NCBI RefSeq assembly: GCF_009914755.1
Contig: NC_060947.1
DNA length: 64,000 nucleotides
Source: the human T2T-CHM13v2.0 reference genome, Homo sapiens
Strand: one strand, 5' to 3'
Part shown: one piece after another, positions 62,112 to 64,000 of the stretch
Layout: each line of letters opens with the position of its first letter
Position numbering within the stretch: the first letter of the stretch is position 1
The notes under the pieces: model-generated
Told to the model about the DNA's origin: nothing
The model's database searches: none
The model's input: the letters and a program-made list of their open reading frames with translations, nothing else
Translations under genes and position numbers: made by a program

Positions 62112-62545
62112 TAAATGCTTGCAAAGTAATATCCTTTAAACTAGCAAGCGTCCTGAGAAACCAGGGATGCCAATCTTCACAAGCAATTCCTAAATCTTGA
62201 TCACTGTTTATATGCCACTGTGAGCAGATAAAAACTTGATGAAAAATGGTACTGTTCAAATAAGGATTTTTTCCTAACTGGACGTGAGCCTTTCCTGAAA
62301 AAACAAAGTGATATTGATATGTGACATTTCTAGACACTTTTAGTCTGCAGAACTTCCTTGAAGTGTGTTCCTCCCCTAGGCACCAAAGCAGTAGCTGTTC
62401 ACCAGTGTTATGTCCATGGAAGTTTATAAACCTGGTTCCTATAGGAACTCAAACCCATAGAATTTTTATCTTTACTAATGTGCTAGAAATTGGATTTTTT
62501 TTTTTTACCATTCATTCAACATTACTATGTGCCAATTTTATTTAG

Positions 62546-62662
<117 letters not shown>

Positions 62663-62879
62663 TGAACAACTTGAACTGCCATTTCTCTTGTGGACACTGG
62701 GAACAGGAAAAAAGGAGAAATAGCTTTTTTTTTTTCCTTTTTTTAGAAGTAAACACTGCAAAATCTAAAGTTCTACTTGAAAGCCTTATTTCCTAAAGAT
62801 AGCAATGTCTTTGAACTGTTGTTAAAGACCAGGAGTATAGAACTCTTTCTATCTTTGCCCCTATTGAGGTTCAGTTACT

Positions 62880-64000
<1,121 letters not shown>

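Overview
Hominid, almost certainly human, genomic DNA from the middle of KIF4A (chromokinesin, Xq13.1) on the + strand. Thirteen coding exons with canonical AG/GT boundaries splice into one open frame running from the end of the kinesin motor domain into the coiled-coil stalk (exons 8-20; exon numbers are recalled, not derivable from the window). The rest is repeat-rich intron. The 20.2-kb intron after exon 15 holds three antisense insertions with target-site duplications (TSDs): a ~3-kb semi-processed TRAPPC2L retrocopy, a full-length ~6.15-kb L1PA4-like element and a 3'-truncated SVA_D-like element. An SVA_A-like element sits inside an old Alu in intron 13. Two leads stand out. (1) The L1 antisense promoter/ORF0 points into KIF4A, carries an intact 151-codon ORF0, and has splice donors in frame with exons 16 and 17, so a motor-less ORF0-KIF4A fusion is possible. 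(2) The TRAPPC2L retrocopy appears to preserve an unusual mRNA isoform that kept part of a U12-like intron and was polyadenylated in a distal MaLR LTR. Neither is demonstrated. Most ORFs in the supplied track are repeat artefacts, and repeat subfamily calls are by eye.
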